Source: Negaprion brevirostris (Eukaryota). From it: a stretch of DNA of 64,000 nucleotides. The notes under the pieces are model-generated. The model saw only the letters and a list, made by a program, of their open reading frames with translations, ran no database searches and had not been told where the DNA came from. Position numbers and translations under genes: made by a program. The DNA is taken from contig JARDVH010000149.1 of assembly GCA_030324005.1 (NCBI GenBank), positions 15,116,294 through 15,180,293 on the forward strand. Direction: 5' to 3'. Shown here in pieces: positions 1 to 10,817 of the stretch (its first letter is position 1; the number at the start of each line of letters is the position of its first letter).

Positions 1-112
1 ACCCCCCCAGATGTTCTCCCTTTCTCCCCACAGTGTTCTCCCTCTTCACAGTGTTCTCCCCACAGCATTCTCCCTCCTCCCTCCCAGCCCACAGTGTTCT
101 CTGTCCTCCCTC
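1..112 (+). repeat. Pyrimidine-rich degenerate minisatellite (core CACAGTGTTCTCCC)
   Basis: About 4-5 imperfect copies of cacagtgttctccc / cacagcattctccc. Confidence 0.7.
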
Positions 113-188
113 CCAATACAGCCTCGCCAGGATATCGCTTTCAGCTTCACGTTGACACAATGCACCCCTTTTCTGTTTTGTTTTCAAG

Positions 189-260
189 TACGTCGGGAGT
201 CTGGATGTACAAAGGCCAAACAGCCGTGTGGAGATAGTGGCGGCTATGCGGAGGATACGG
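189..260 (+). CDS. NOS1AP: Internal coding exon (72 bp, phase 0-0) of NOS1AP/CAPON, N-terminal part of the PTB domain (equivalent to human exon 2)
   Basis: Polypyrimidine tract plus AG acceptor (ttttctgttttgttttcaag, ends 188) and GTGAGT donor at 261. Translation [24 protein letters not shown] matches vertebrate NOS1[26 protein letters not shown] at 23/24 as I recall it. A paralog cannot be excluded from one exon. Confidence 0.93.
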
Positions 261-1139
261 GTGAGTGGGAATCATCCCTGAAGTTCTGTCTGCCTGACCC
301 AACATGTAAAGTCACCATAATGGAGATGGAGGGGGGCTGATGGGGAGAAGTATAGTCAGGGTACTGGTGTGTGAGGGAATGTTCCTGTCACTACAGTACA
401 GAGCAGCAGGTGTGTGGTCACTTGGAGGTGAAGCCTCTATATTAATCCCTGTCACAAGATGGTCAAAAACACTGTTGGGTTGTGTGGGGAGCTGGTGGCA
501 GATGTAGTGAAATACTTGTCTTTGCGTATAACATCGATGCAAATAAATCAACGTATTTAAAAATAATCACTTAAACATTGTTTCAATTATATATTCAATT
601 TAAGCAGTAGTTACCAACAATGTTTGTATGTTTACTTCCTCCCACCCCCTGGTTAGCTTAGAGATGCATCACTTCAAACANNNNNNNNNNNNNNNNNNNN
701 NNNNNATAACATGCCACAGCTATCTGACTAGAGTCATTAAATTCATTATAGGCTCACTAGAACTGGGCCACCTTGGACTAGCTCAACATTGTACTAAGTG
801 GTGTCATTACTTCTCAAGTTATTGAGGAAGCTTCTGTTTTTTAAATAGGCAGAGCCCTGTTGCCAATGTGCATAAGTTATAACAGCTACACAGGACTTCC
901 TGCAGTAATGAACATTATGGACAAGTAGGATAGAATGATACAAAAGACTTCAATCTATTTATGTGGTTCAGAATCAAACAGTAAAGTGGCCATAACTTCC
1001 CTGTTGAATAAGCTGGAGCTTCTTCCAACTGTACATGAGGGAGAACAAAGCCTTAGTCTTCAGCTCCCACCAGAAACTCTGTGCCCTTGCNNNNNNNNNN
1101 CCTAAAATGTTGAACTGGATTGCTTATAGCTCTGGCAAC

Positions 1140-1288
1140 CTGTTTAATCCCAAGCTGAGTTTCCGACTAGACATCATCTTCTTCACAAAGACCACTTACT
1201 TCAGTCTCCACAACCTTGCTCATCTCTGCCCCTCAGCCAATCCCCTGCTGAAGCCGTCATCTATGACTCTGTCACCACTAAACTAGAT
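1140..1288 (+). mobile_element. Decayed L2-clade LINE fragment (RT C-terminal region)
   Basis: Translation TKTTYFSLHNLAHLCP resembles the L2 motif TKTAYFHLRNIARLRP; interrupted by the SINE at 1290. Confidence 0.55.
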
Positions 1289-1289
1289 T

Positions 1290-1629
1290 TAAAGTTTATT
1301 TATTAGTGTCACAAGTAGGCTTACATCGACACTGCAATGAAGTTACTGTGAAAATCTCCTAGTTGCCACACTCCGCGCCTGTTCGGGTACACTGAAGGAG
1401 AATTTAGCATGGCCAATGCACCTAATCAGCACGTCTTTCNNNNNNNNNNNNNNNNNNNNNNNNNNNNNNNNNNNNNNNNNNNNNNNNNNNNNNNNNNNNN
1501 NNNNNNNNNNNNNNNNNNNNNNNNNNNNNNNNNNNNNNNACACTGAAGGAGAATTTAGCATGGCCAATGCACCTAATCAGCACGTCTTTCGGACTGTGGG
1601 AGGAAACCAGAACACCCAGAGGAAACCCA
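1290..1629 (-). mobile_element. V-type SINE with Rex1-like tail (type B), tRNA head missing, spans a gap
   Basis: Body gcatggccaatgcacctaa...ggactgtgggaggaaacc is shared with HE1 copies; tail reads ...cctacttgtgacactaataaataaacttt on the minus strand. Confidence 0.85.
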
Positions 1630-1699
1630 TTTGATCCAACACAGTTCCAGTTGGCTATTCATCTTCTACCATTTCATTCAAATCTACTCAATAACAGCA

Positions 1700-1925
1700 A
1701 GATTTGCATATGTAGCTCTTTTACTGTGATAAGATGTCTCTAGGAGTTTCAGAGGAGTTATAAAAAATACCAGTGAGCCACATAAGTTGATGGTAAGGTA
1801 GTTGACCAAAGGCTGGGCCAAAGAGATGGAATTTAAGGGGCTTCTTAAAGAAGGAGAGAGAGATGTGAAGATGTTTAGGGAATTTCAGAGCTTGGGGCCA
1901 AAGCAGTTGAAGGCTTGGCTTCTAT
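1700..1925 (-). mobile_element. L2-like LINE 3' end
   Basis: gagccacataag...gaccaaaggct...aaagag...gtttagggaatttcagagc...gcagttgaaggc pattern, repeated at 29780-30100 and 54470-54685. Confidence 0.6.
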
Positions 1926-2607
1926 GAAGCATTTATATTGCAGTAGTTATGAACAATGCCCCCAATCAGTATGTTTACTTCTTCCTACCTCTTTCCTGGT
2001 TAATTTGGAAATGCATCGTCTCCAGCATCCCCCACATATTGCTCCTACCCCAGATAGGATGGCTGGCACTGGCCTAAGTTTGCCACCTAAATTACTTTTT
2101 TGGATGGTTCCCAGTGCAGGGCAAATACCCATTGGAATTCTGAAGTTCCTGAGCAATTGCTATTTAATGCTTACCTTTGGCAAGTGCTCCCCACTAATCT
2201 TTGGGTATCCCTCAGATACACTGCTCTGGAGTTATAGCCCTCTGGCTTTGGTTTTCCCAATATTCAGCTGGAAGAAATTTCTGCTGATCCAAGCAGTCTG
2301 ACAATTTAGAGACAGTGAACAGCTGAGCTAGTGGGGAGATAGAGCTAGGTATTGTCTGTGTACACATGGAAACTGACATGTTTTTGCATGATGTTGTCAT
2401 GGGGCAGCATGTCAATAAGAAATAGGAAATCCCACTTAACCATCTCTTTCATTCTTGCTCATCAACATAGGATCTATAAATATCAATTCCCCATCTTTGT
2501 ATTTCTGCTCTTCCAAGGACTGATCCTTTGTTGTTTCTGTAATCTCCTACAATTCCTTCACAAAATTCTCCATGCCTGTAAGTCCGGCCTTTTGTTTATC
2601 CTCACAG

Positions 2608-3312
2608 TGTCAGTCATGGCTCAGTTTGTAGCACTTTCACCTCTGCATCACAAGATTCTGGATTCAATCTGTCTCCTGGACTTGAGCATGAAAATCAAGA
2701 CTGACACCTAGGGAACATTGCACTGTATTGTGGATGAGACGTTAAATCAAGGCCTCATCTACCTGATCAGATGGATGTAAAAGATCCCATGGCACTATTT
2801 TGAAGATGTACAGAAACTTATCCCTGATACTCTGGCCAATCAATATCATAAAAATACATATTTTCTGGTGATTACACATGTGCGAGTTTGCGCGAGTTTA
2901 CTGTGTGCAAATTGGCTGGTACATTTCAAAATCATGAGGAGTCTGGACAGAGTAAGGAGGGAGAAACTCATGAAAGAATTGGGAACAAGAGGGGACAAGA
3001 TTTAAAATAATTAGTAGGATATGTGGTGGTTAAGATCTAGGATGCAATGCCTGAGAGTCTGGTGGGGGCAGGTTCAATGGAGGCACTCAAAAGGGAATGA
3101 GACTGTTATCTGGAAAGGAACAATGTGCAGGGAGTTGGGAGAATGGCATTAGATGAGTCACATATTTGGAGCAGACATAATGGGCCAAGTGGCTGCCTTC
3201 TGTGCTGTAACAATTCCGTGATTCAGATTCCTATATTACAAAAATGACTACGCTTCCAAAGAACTTCATTGGATGCATTACGGAATGTACTATGAAAATA
3301 CAAGTCTTTCTT
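2608..3312 (+). mobile_element. DeuSINE (SacSINE1/AmnSINE1-like), interrupted by CR1
   Basis: tRNA-like head gtcagtcatggctcagtt; Deu-like gatgagacgttaaa...gatgtaaaagatcccatggcactattttgaaga; tail ...caagtctttctt. Confidence 0.75.
2925..3223 (+). mobile_element. CR1 LINE 3' fragment nested in the DeuSINE
   Basis: ttcaaaatcatgaggagtctggacagag... ending gggccaagtggctgccttctgtgctgtaacaattccgtgattc. Confidence 0.75.
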
Positions 3313-3334
3313 CCACCCTGCCATTGGTTTTCAG

Positions 3335-3508
3335 GATATGGAGATGCTGGTGTTGGACTGGGGTAAAAACACAAAGAAGTCTCACAACACCAGCTTAAAG
3401 TCCAACAGGTTTGTTTGTAGCAAACGCCACAAGCTTTTGGAACAGGCCTATTTGCTCCAAATAAACCTGTTGGACTTCAAGCTGATGTTGTGAAACTTCT
3501 TTCTATTG
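3335..3508. mobile_element. Penelope-like terminal fragment (family P1) in fold-back arrangement
   Basis: Inverted arms ~3373-3424 and ~3451-3502; same family as 11795, 14670, 21471 and 42808. Confidence 0.75.
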
Positions 3509-3989
3509 NNNNNNNNNNNNNNNNNNNNNCTTTGGATTTGCTTTCCAACCCTCTCTGGCTCTCAACATCCCTCCACTCCTTTAAGACAGTCCTCAGCAAC
3601 AAGCTTTATCAGTTAGCTTTTGGTCATATCTCCTGATTGCTTATTCTTTGGTTTCATGCCCTTTTTCTTCATGTCTCTGCAAAGCATTTTAAGGCATTTT
3701 TCTGTGTTAAAGGTACTGTCTAAATACATGTTGCCGTGTAGTCTATTCATTTATAACTGTGGAGAATGTAATATCCATTGACTGAACATTACACTTTAAA
3801 AAATAAATGTGCATATCTGCAGTCGGGGGAATCCTCATGCGAGAAATACTTGTCAAGAGAACTAAAACTAGCAGAGCTGCAATCGTATACAAACTGTTTT
3901 TCCACCTTTGGCTTTTAAATAGAATTGTTTTATGGGAGGGCTGTATTTCATGACAGTTGCCTAATGTGACATGCATAATGTCTATGATT

Positions 3990-4086
3990 AAAACCAAAAA
4001 GTGCTGGAAATACTCTGCAGTGCTGGCAGCACCTGTGGAGAGAGAAACAGTGTTAACCTTTCAGGTCCATGACCCTTCATCAGAAG
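3990..4086 (-). mobile_element. Penelope-like terminal fragment (family P2) with hammerhead-like motif
   Basis: Minus strand reads ttCTGATGAagggtcatggacctGAAAggttaacactgtttctctctccacagg. Confidence 0.7.
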
Positions 4087-6155
4087 GGTTGTAAAGCCGA
4101 CTGCAGATGACATCAGTAGCACCGAGAAACAATTAAACTAATTTCCTCCCCTTCACTCAAGAAATGTTTTTGAACAGTGTAAAAATATTTGTACTGTGCT
4201 CTAGTAAGAAATTGAAGTAATTCCAGTTGACTTTAAAGTCAGATTGTGCCAAGACCCATCACAGCCTATTCTCATCTACCATAGTTTTGGAATTTCTCTC
4301 CACTTTTCTCCTTAAACCTTCAGTAATATGAACTCATGAACTGAAGCTGAGAGTATTGCCAATTTGTGTTGCACAGACAGATAAGAGCATGTTGAAACAG
4401 TATTCATTGCAGGATGTCACCCGATAGGTATGCATTATCTACTACCGTACTTTGTCTACTCTCAGTGTAAGGTGTATAGTGCATGGCAGTTAATTACTGA
4501 TGGGAATATTTATGAAGATGAGATTTGTTCACAGCCAAGTGCATTTGCTCATTGTGACAATCAAATAAAAAGAACATTTTGCCACCTTGAATGTTTATGC
4601 TTTATTCCGCAGTCTGTGTTGAGTGACTGATTTCAACCAGGACAGCAGTGTGGATGGCACAATTATTTTCAATATCTCAGGGTAGGGAGAGAAAAATTAG
4701 CTAGGATTGTCACTTCTGACCGTTATCTCGCAATAAGCCACCCTCGTCCCCTAGAAAAACTGAATGTAGGTGGTAAGTGAGGATTGACTCAGCTAAGGCT
4801 GGAATTTTCTGGCTATTCCTGCGGTGGGATCTTTTGGTCCCACCAGTAGTGACCCACCGCATTGCCTGGTAACCGACTAAGGGGGATGCAAACAACATGA
4901 AACCCTGTTGACAGTGGTGGGGTCATAAGATCCTGTGACCGGCCAATGGGAGGCCACCTCTGTCATCATGAAACACACCACGGGGCACACAGAAAATTTC
5001 ACACATAATGCCCCAAGAAGTTTGCTGAATTTCACCAGCAAAATAATATTGTTCGCCTGTGACTTTGGGAAAGAGCTGACTACAAAAATCGAGTGAACTC
5101 TGGTGCACCGCTCTTTCCTGGTGTTAGTTTGTTTTTGGCATCAAGTCAAAGGCATCTTGCATTGTCGAGCAGTGGTGATGTCATTAAACAAGTTAAGGAG
5201 CCAATCACTTTGAAGTATTCTCGCCAACACCAAGCCCGGAAGTAAAAAATCTCTTATTTACTGTTAAAAATGTTTACATGTGATGAAATAATTGATTGAG
5301 ATGTGCACATGATGTTAAGCTAGAAGTTGCATCATTTTTTGAAAACCTTATATTTAAAATACATGGAATATCATGATAATGGGGAAATTTGATATTCAAC
5401 AAATATAAAATCACAATTTCAGAGCCGATGGGAGTGGTTAGCAGTAATTATGAACTTAGTACATTGTTAAAAACCCAGTTACCTCTCATTCAACTAGCTG
5501 TAACCTTAGGGGGTTTTACAGTGAGACTAAGATAGAATCTTTTGCTCTTGCTGAAGGCAAGCTTGGAGGTGNNNNNNNNNNNNNNNNNNNNNNNNNNNNN
5601 NNNNNNNNNNNNNNNNNNNNNNNNNNNNNNNNNNNNNNNNNNNNNNNNNNNNNNNNNNNNNNNNNNNNNNNTGGGAAGGGCATGTAATTAGGCATTATGA
5701 TGATGTACTGGAATCTCACTGCCTTCCTACTTGGATCAGAATTAAGTTCTCAGTGGGATGGCCCATGGCTGACCTTCCCGGCCTGCCATCATTTGAGACC
5801 CTTAAGTGGTCAATTAGTGATCACAAGTGCCTCATCCTGTCATCACTGGTACCCAGCTGAAGGTGGCATTATGCATGGTGGCTAAAACTATTTAGCCAGC
5901 TTTTGAACTCTGCGGAGGCAGGTCGGGAGGGTGCCGTCAGGGTAGTCCCTAAATCAAAGGCACCCAATCTGAGGGCACCCCAACATTACACCCTCTGGAG
6001 AAACATTTCTATGTTTAACTGTGCACATGCAAACTCTGGAAGTCACTGGCAGTTTTGCTATTGTTATCACTGCAAAATTCAAGCCAACGTTCCACCTAAA
6101 ACTATAGCAGCAGAAGACAGGAGAGATGGTGAGAAAGCGACAACATTCTCTAAAA

Positions 6156-6623
6156 CAGCGGTGGGCAACCTGCGGCCCAGGGACCACATGTGGCCCAAAT
6201 GGGTTCTCAGCGTGGCCTACCAGATGTTTTGTTGACAATTGCCCATACATAGCATTACCATATTCCACTGGTTTCCATCTGCAGAATTTTTTTCCCATCA
6301 GTATGACTAAAGTAAAATGCATGTAAAGCAAAAGCAGATGAGGTGAGGTGTGTTCTAATTGCACACAACATTGACTGAGAGCTGTATGCTCCCTCTGCAC
6401 CCACAATGTAAATATTTATTTTAGTTTTACCATTTGAAGTTCTATTAATAAATGATTAAGCATTTTCTATAACTTGTTATGAAGCTTTTGGTTGGGATTA
6501 AACATATTTAATCTTATTCTTGGGATCATGGATAGTGAACGAGCTTGATTTCAGTTTTGTGACCCACTGAGATGAATGAGGGTCACTTGTGGCCCACTCA
6601 CTATTCTAGGTTGCCTATTGCTG
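6156..6623. mobile_element. Non-autonomous hAT (Charlie-type) DNA transposon / MITE
   Basis: TIRs cagcggtgggcaacct / aggttgcctattgctg; exact 8-bp TSD CTCTAAAA at 6148-6155 and 6624-6631. Confidence 0.9.
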
Positions 6624-7755
6624 CTCTAAAAGGACCATTCTGCTTTTTACGGTCTTTTTATGTCTTGCATAGTCACACTAGCCTAACTTTTGGATATTGT
6701 GAAATATTACACAATATTTATCTCAGCAAAAGTGTTGCAAAATCTACTAGTTGCTGCATAACAAAGACAGTGCAGAGAGTGTCTTGTGGAATTGTAATGC
6801 TGTGAGTGGTGTGAAAAGGTAAAGTATTATGGTCCTCTGCCTAATCCTTTCTTGATGTTGAGATGAACCAGTTGTTGAATGACAGCATCACATCAAAGTG
6901 TGTTGCATTTTTGGAGATTATCCACACCCGAGACTCTTTTTGTCTTTGGTTATTTCAGAAGGAGAATGCCAATGAGCATGTCACCATTTTGAAAGTGCAG
7001 GTAACAATGGTCTGTGTGATCATGCTTGCCACTGCACTAGTTTCCACTCGTAAAACCTATTGCAATATGGCACCACTTTAAAAATTGTTGCCTTTGAAAC
7101 AGCACAATTTCATCTGACCATTTGACAGCCTCACCTGATGGTGCTGTGGGTACTTTCCACCTTAAGGAATGGTGGGGTGAAGCTGGCTGCTGTCTGTTAC
7201 AGCCACTTTGTAACAAGTTCAAGAAGTCCTGGAAAAGCAAGCCGTGGACAGAAATAAATTTGCAATATTTTTAAAGATGCTTGCCTTTCTGAAAGCAAGT
7301 AACTTGTGCTAACTAACTGTGTGAGTTTGATTGAGTAAAAAATGGATTTTCCCAACACTTATTTCATAGATCCCACTTCATTGCGGCATAAATCATCTTG
7401 AGGTTCAAATTCTCTGACACTTTTCTTGTCACCCTTCACTGTCACAACTATTCATTCAGAAAACCACAGACTATGGCTGCAATTTCACTGCAACGCCTGC
7501 CCTGGAATTGGGGCGGGCACGGCTGGTCGAACGGAATTCTCCATTGGCCTCGGGCGAGATTTTACGAGCCTCGCCTAAGCCTATACCAGCCTATATCTTC
7601 ACTAGCACAAAGTCTTGGACTCTGCTCATCCATCCTTGTCAAGATCTAACAGATTTTGAGCCAACAGATCCTCATATTTTCCTTTGCATCACTTCATGCA
7701 CTTATTCTGACGTGTTTCAACAATATACCCCAGCTGTCCATCCACTTTAAAAGAT

Positions 7756-8003
7756 ACATGTAGGCCAGACCACGTATGGATGACAGATTTCCTTCCCCAA
7801 AGAACATTAGTGAACCATATGGGTTTTTCCAACAATTGACAATGGTTTCATGGTCAGTAGCCTCTTCATTCCAGATTTGACAAAAAATTGAATTCAAATT
7901 CCACCATTTGTTGTGGCGGGATTCAAACCCAGATCCCAGAACATTAGCTGAGTTTTCTGGATTAATACTTCTAGCGATAATACCACTAGGCCAATGCCTC
8001 CCC
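7756..8003 (-). mobile_element. tRNA-headed SINE (type C), 3' end missing
   Basis: Minus strand ggggaggcattggcctagtggtattatcgctag (A box)...gggtttgaatcccgccac (B box); core ggttcactaatgttctttggggaaggaaatctg; homologous to 39106, 40879 and 44539. Confidence 0.8.
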
Positions 8004-8004
8004 A

Positions 8005-8510
8005 GTTGAAACACATAAGTTCCTGAGGGATCTTGACAAAGGTCCATGTGGACACTATGATGTTTTGTCTTGTGGGAGAATTTAGAACTTGGGGTCAGTG
8101 CTAAAAATGTGTTAGTTTATTTAAGGCAATTGAGGATTTTTTTTTCTCTCAGAGAGGGTAGTGAGTGAGCCTTTCGAATGCTGTTCCTCAAAAGACAGTG
8201 GAAGTTGAGCCTTTGAATATTCTTATGGCAGAGCTAGGTAGATCCTTGTTTAACAAGGTGGTGAAATGTTATTGGGGAAGGCAGGAATATGGGGTTCAGG
8301 TTAAAATCAAATCAGCCATGGGCTGGAATCTTATCATCGATCATGCTGGCAGGATTTTCGCATCCTGCCATAATGAACAGAGATTTGGCTGGCTGCCAAA
8401 TTTTCCAACTTTGCTGCAGTGGGAACGTGGCGTGAATGCTCAGTGAGATTGCACCCATGATCTTATTAAATAGCAGAGTTCGAGGGGGACATGTGGCCTA
8501 CTCTGCCTAA
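8005..8510 (+). mobile_element. CR1 LINE 3' end, interrupted by the MITE at 8320
   Basis: gaaacacataagttcctgaggggatcttgac...atcagccat[MITE]atgatcttattaaat...tggcctactc. Confidence 0.75.
8320..8456. mobile_element. Short GGG...CCC MITE with 2-bp TSD (AT)
   Basis: Ends gggctggaatctta / tgagattgcaccc; removing the element and one AT restores the CR1 tail motif atcagccatgatctt. Confidence 0.7.
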
Positions 8511-10817
8511 CTACCTTTAAATGTGCTGCGTCTTCATTATTTTGGTCCAACAAGCTGTCCCTTATTTTTTCTGGTAACTCTTATTCTAAAATGTTGAAAC
8601 TATACCAAAAAGATGATTCTCTCTCTTATTCAGATTGGCTGCAAAGTTACATCTTCAAAGGGATCATTGTACATGGGTAAATTGGCATTCGGTTGCACTG
8701 GCCAATATTTTAGCATTAAGAATCCACTTATAATTGTTTTTGTTTCTTCCCAATGCAGTAGTCAAGCTATTTCACTATGGAGAAGGTATATTGTACACAC
8801 TTGTAGATTTCTTACTGGGATTTCTGTCAAGTTTAACTCTATGGCTGGGATTTTCCAGCACCGTTGTGGTAGTGTCTGCCACAGGGGGGTGTGGCGGGCC
8901 AGCCAAAAGTCCATTGATGTTGGTGAAACCAGAAGACCCCAGTGACAGATGGGCCTGAAAAATGCAGGCTTATAGCTCAGGTTTAATCTTTCCAGAATTG
9001 GCTTTGTCAGGAGAGACATTAAACTATGCACTTCTCGGGTGAATTGCTTATATGTGTATTATTTGTGATGATTGTGGTTCAGTCAACCTGAGACATTGAA
9101 TTAAAAGCTTTGCCTAAGTGAACTATGCAAGATTGCACTTCCTTTAGAATATTGATACAAATATCCAAATGATTGTAACAGCATTGAAGCATAAAGATGA
9201 TAGCTTTTATGCAGCTATTTTATATTGTAATACGCAAATGCAAAAATGTTTTCTTTGACCTTCTTAAGAAGCTTTGACAGTTCTTATGCATTTTAATATA
9301 AATATGACAATTTATTATAGTAAGCATAGAACATATGCCTTTTTCTTGACTAAAGAAAATAGTATACCATTGATATTCCTATTGAATTTGTATTGCAAAT
9401 GAAACTGAGAGTAAGTGGTTCAATATTACTTTTGTAGTTTTCAGGGTAAAGTGGAGGATCAAAGGCATTGCTGATTCATCCAGTCTGTGTTGCTGTGTAT
9501 ATTGTGTCAATGAAATGATTTTCCGGGTGCTTTCACGGCACAGGACTGGAACATTTTGTTAAACTGAGGAACTTTTCATTCTTCTGTGAGAAGAATTTAT
9601 AGCAGTCGACTATCAGAGTTTAGTCAGTGAAATAAGCAGCGCATGCAGACGGAATGTCTGTAAAAACACCTAAATATAGTACCTATTGTAATTTGTTAAC
9701 CTGTGTTCAATAATTATTTAAAGCTGCAATCATACAAACAGAAAATGAACAGTTCTGTAACTTGGTTTTTTAAGTAGATGCTGTTTGTTTTCTAAAATGA
9801 GGGAAAATGCAACAGTTGCATGCTTTGAAACATTTAGTCAGTCTCGCAGGAAGCCTAAAGCAGTGAATTGGTTTTCCGAGGACAGCTGTCGATGCAGTGT
9901 CCCAATATATCATTTCCCATTAATATTATTATTTGCTTATTAAATGGAAGTGCAATGTCCCTTCGTTTTTATTCCTTGTTCCTGTGCAGCATTTTCCTGC
10001 TGTAGAGGCTGGAGGCTCCCCTGATATTTATGCTACATTATTCAAGGAACCTGGGATAAAGCTTTTGCCTCAACCTTGCCCCAAGTTGGATTTGGAAATG
10101 AATTGCTATAGCAGAGCAGGAGCTGATTCTTTTTCTGTTGTTTTTCTGCCCTCCCCTCCTTCCCAATTGAAGACTGACTCCTTAGCTATCTTGGATTTCT
10201 TTCGCTGCTTTGTTAGTGGTCTCCAGCAATTACTGTCTGTGTCTGAAACTTGTCAGTGATGTTGGTCGCGTTGGAGTTATTTTCAGGCGCCATTAGAGAA
10301 AATATTTTGTGTTGCTTTCTGAGGGAAGAAATAATGTTCCATAAGGCATTAAAACAGATTACCCAAAGACTCAGTGTAGCATGGAGTGCCTGAAGTGGGT
10401 TAGCTAATCTCAATTGAAGTAGTGGTGGGGACTTTATGTTTGACCTCAGTCATCATGGGAGGGGATGGAGAAACCTGACTAGGTTCCTACTGAGGTTGCT
10501 CTGCCGTGAGATGTGTGTATACAGCGGGGAAGGGAATGTTGCGGATGAGAATTACGGGAAAATACCCACCAGTTCAGATCATCCATCATGTGGAAGCTGA
10601 TTATTTTTTTTTGGAGGTCACAATTCTCTGTTCCAGGACATTGCTGCAGTAGTTTCTCAGGGTAGTGTGCCAGGTGCAACCACCTTCGACTACTTCATCA
10701 GTGATCTATTCCCCCACAGAGGTGATGATTATGCAGTGTTTAGGTCCAGTCACAATTTCCCAGATAATGGAACAGTCAGTGCTTGTATGCAGCAAGACCC
10801 TGCCACCTTTCAGGCTT

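Noticed and set aside
11-340. 109-aa ORF overlapping the exon
   Set aside because: Wrong frame; the real coding frame is the spliced 189-260 segment, and the upstream part is minisatellite
1389-1590. Exact duplicated SINE segment on both sides of a gap (same pattern at 15536-15692)
   Set aside because: Contig-overlap artefact at 100-N gaps
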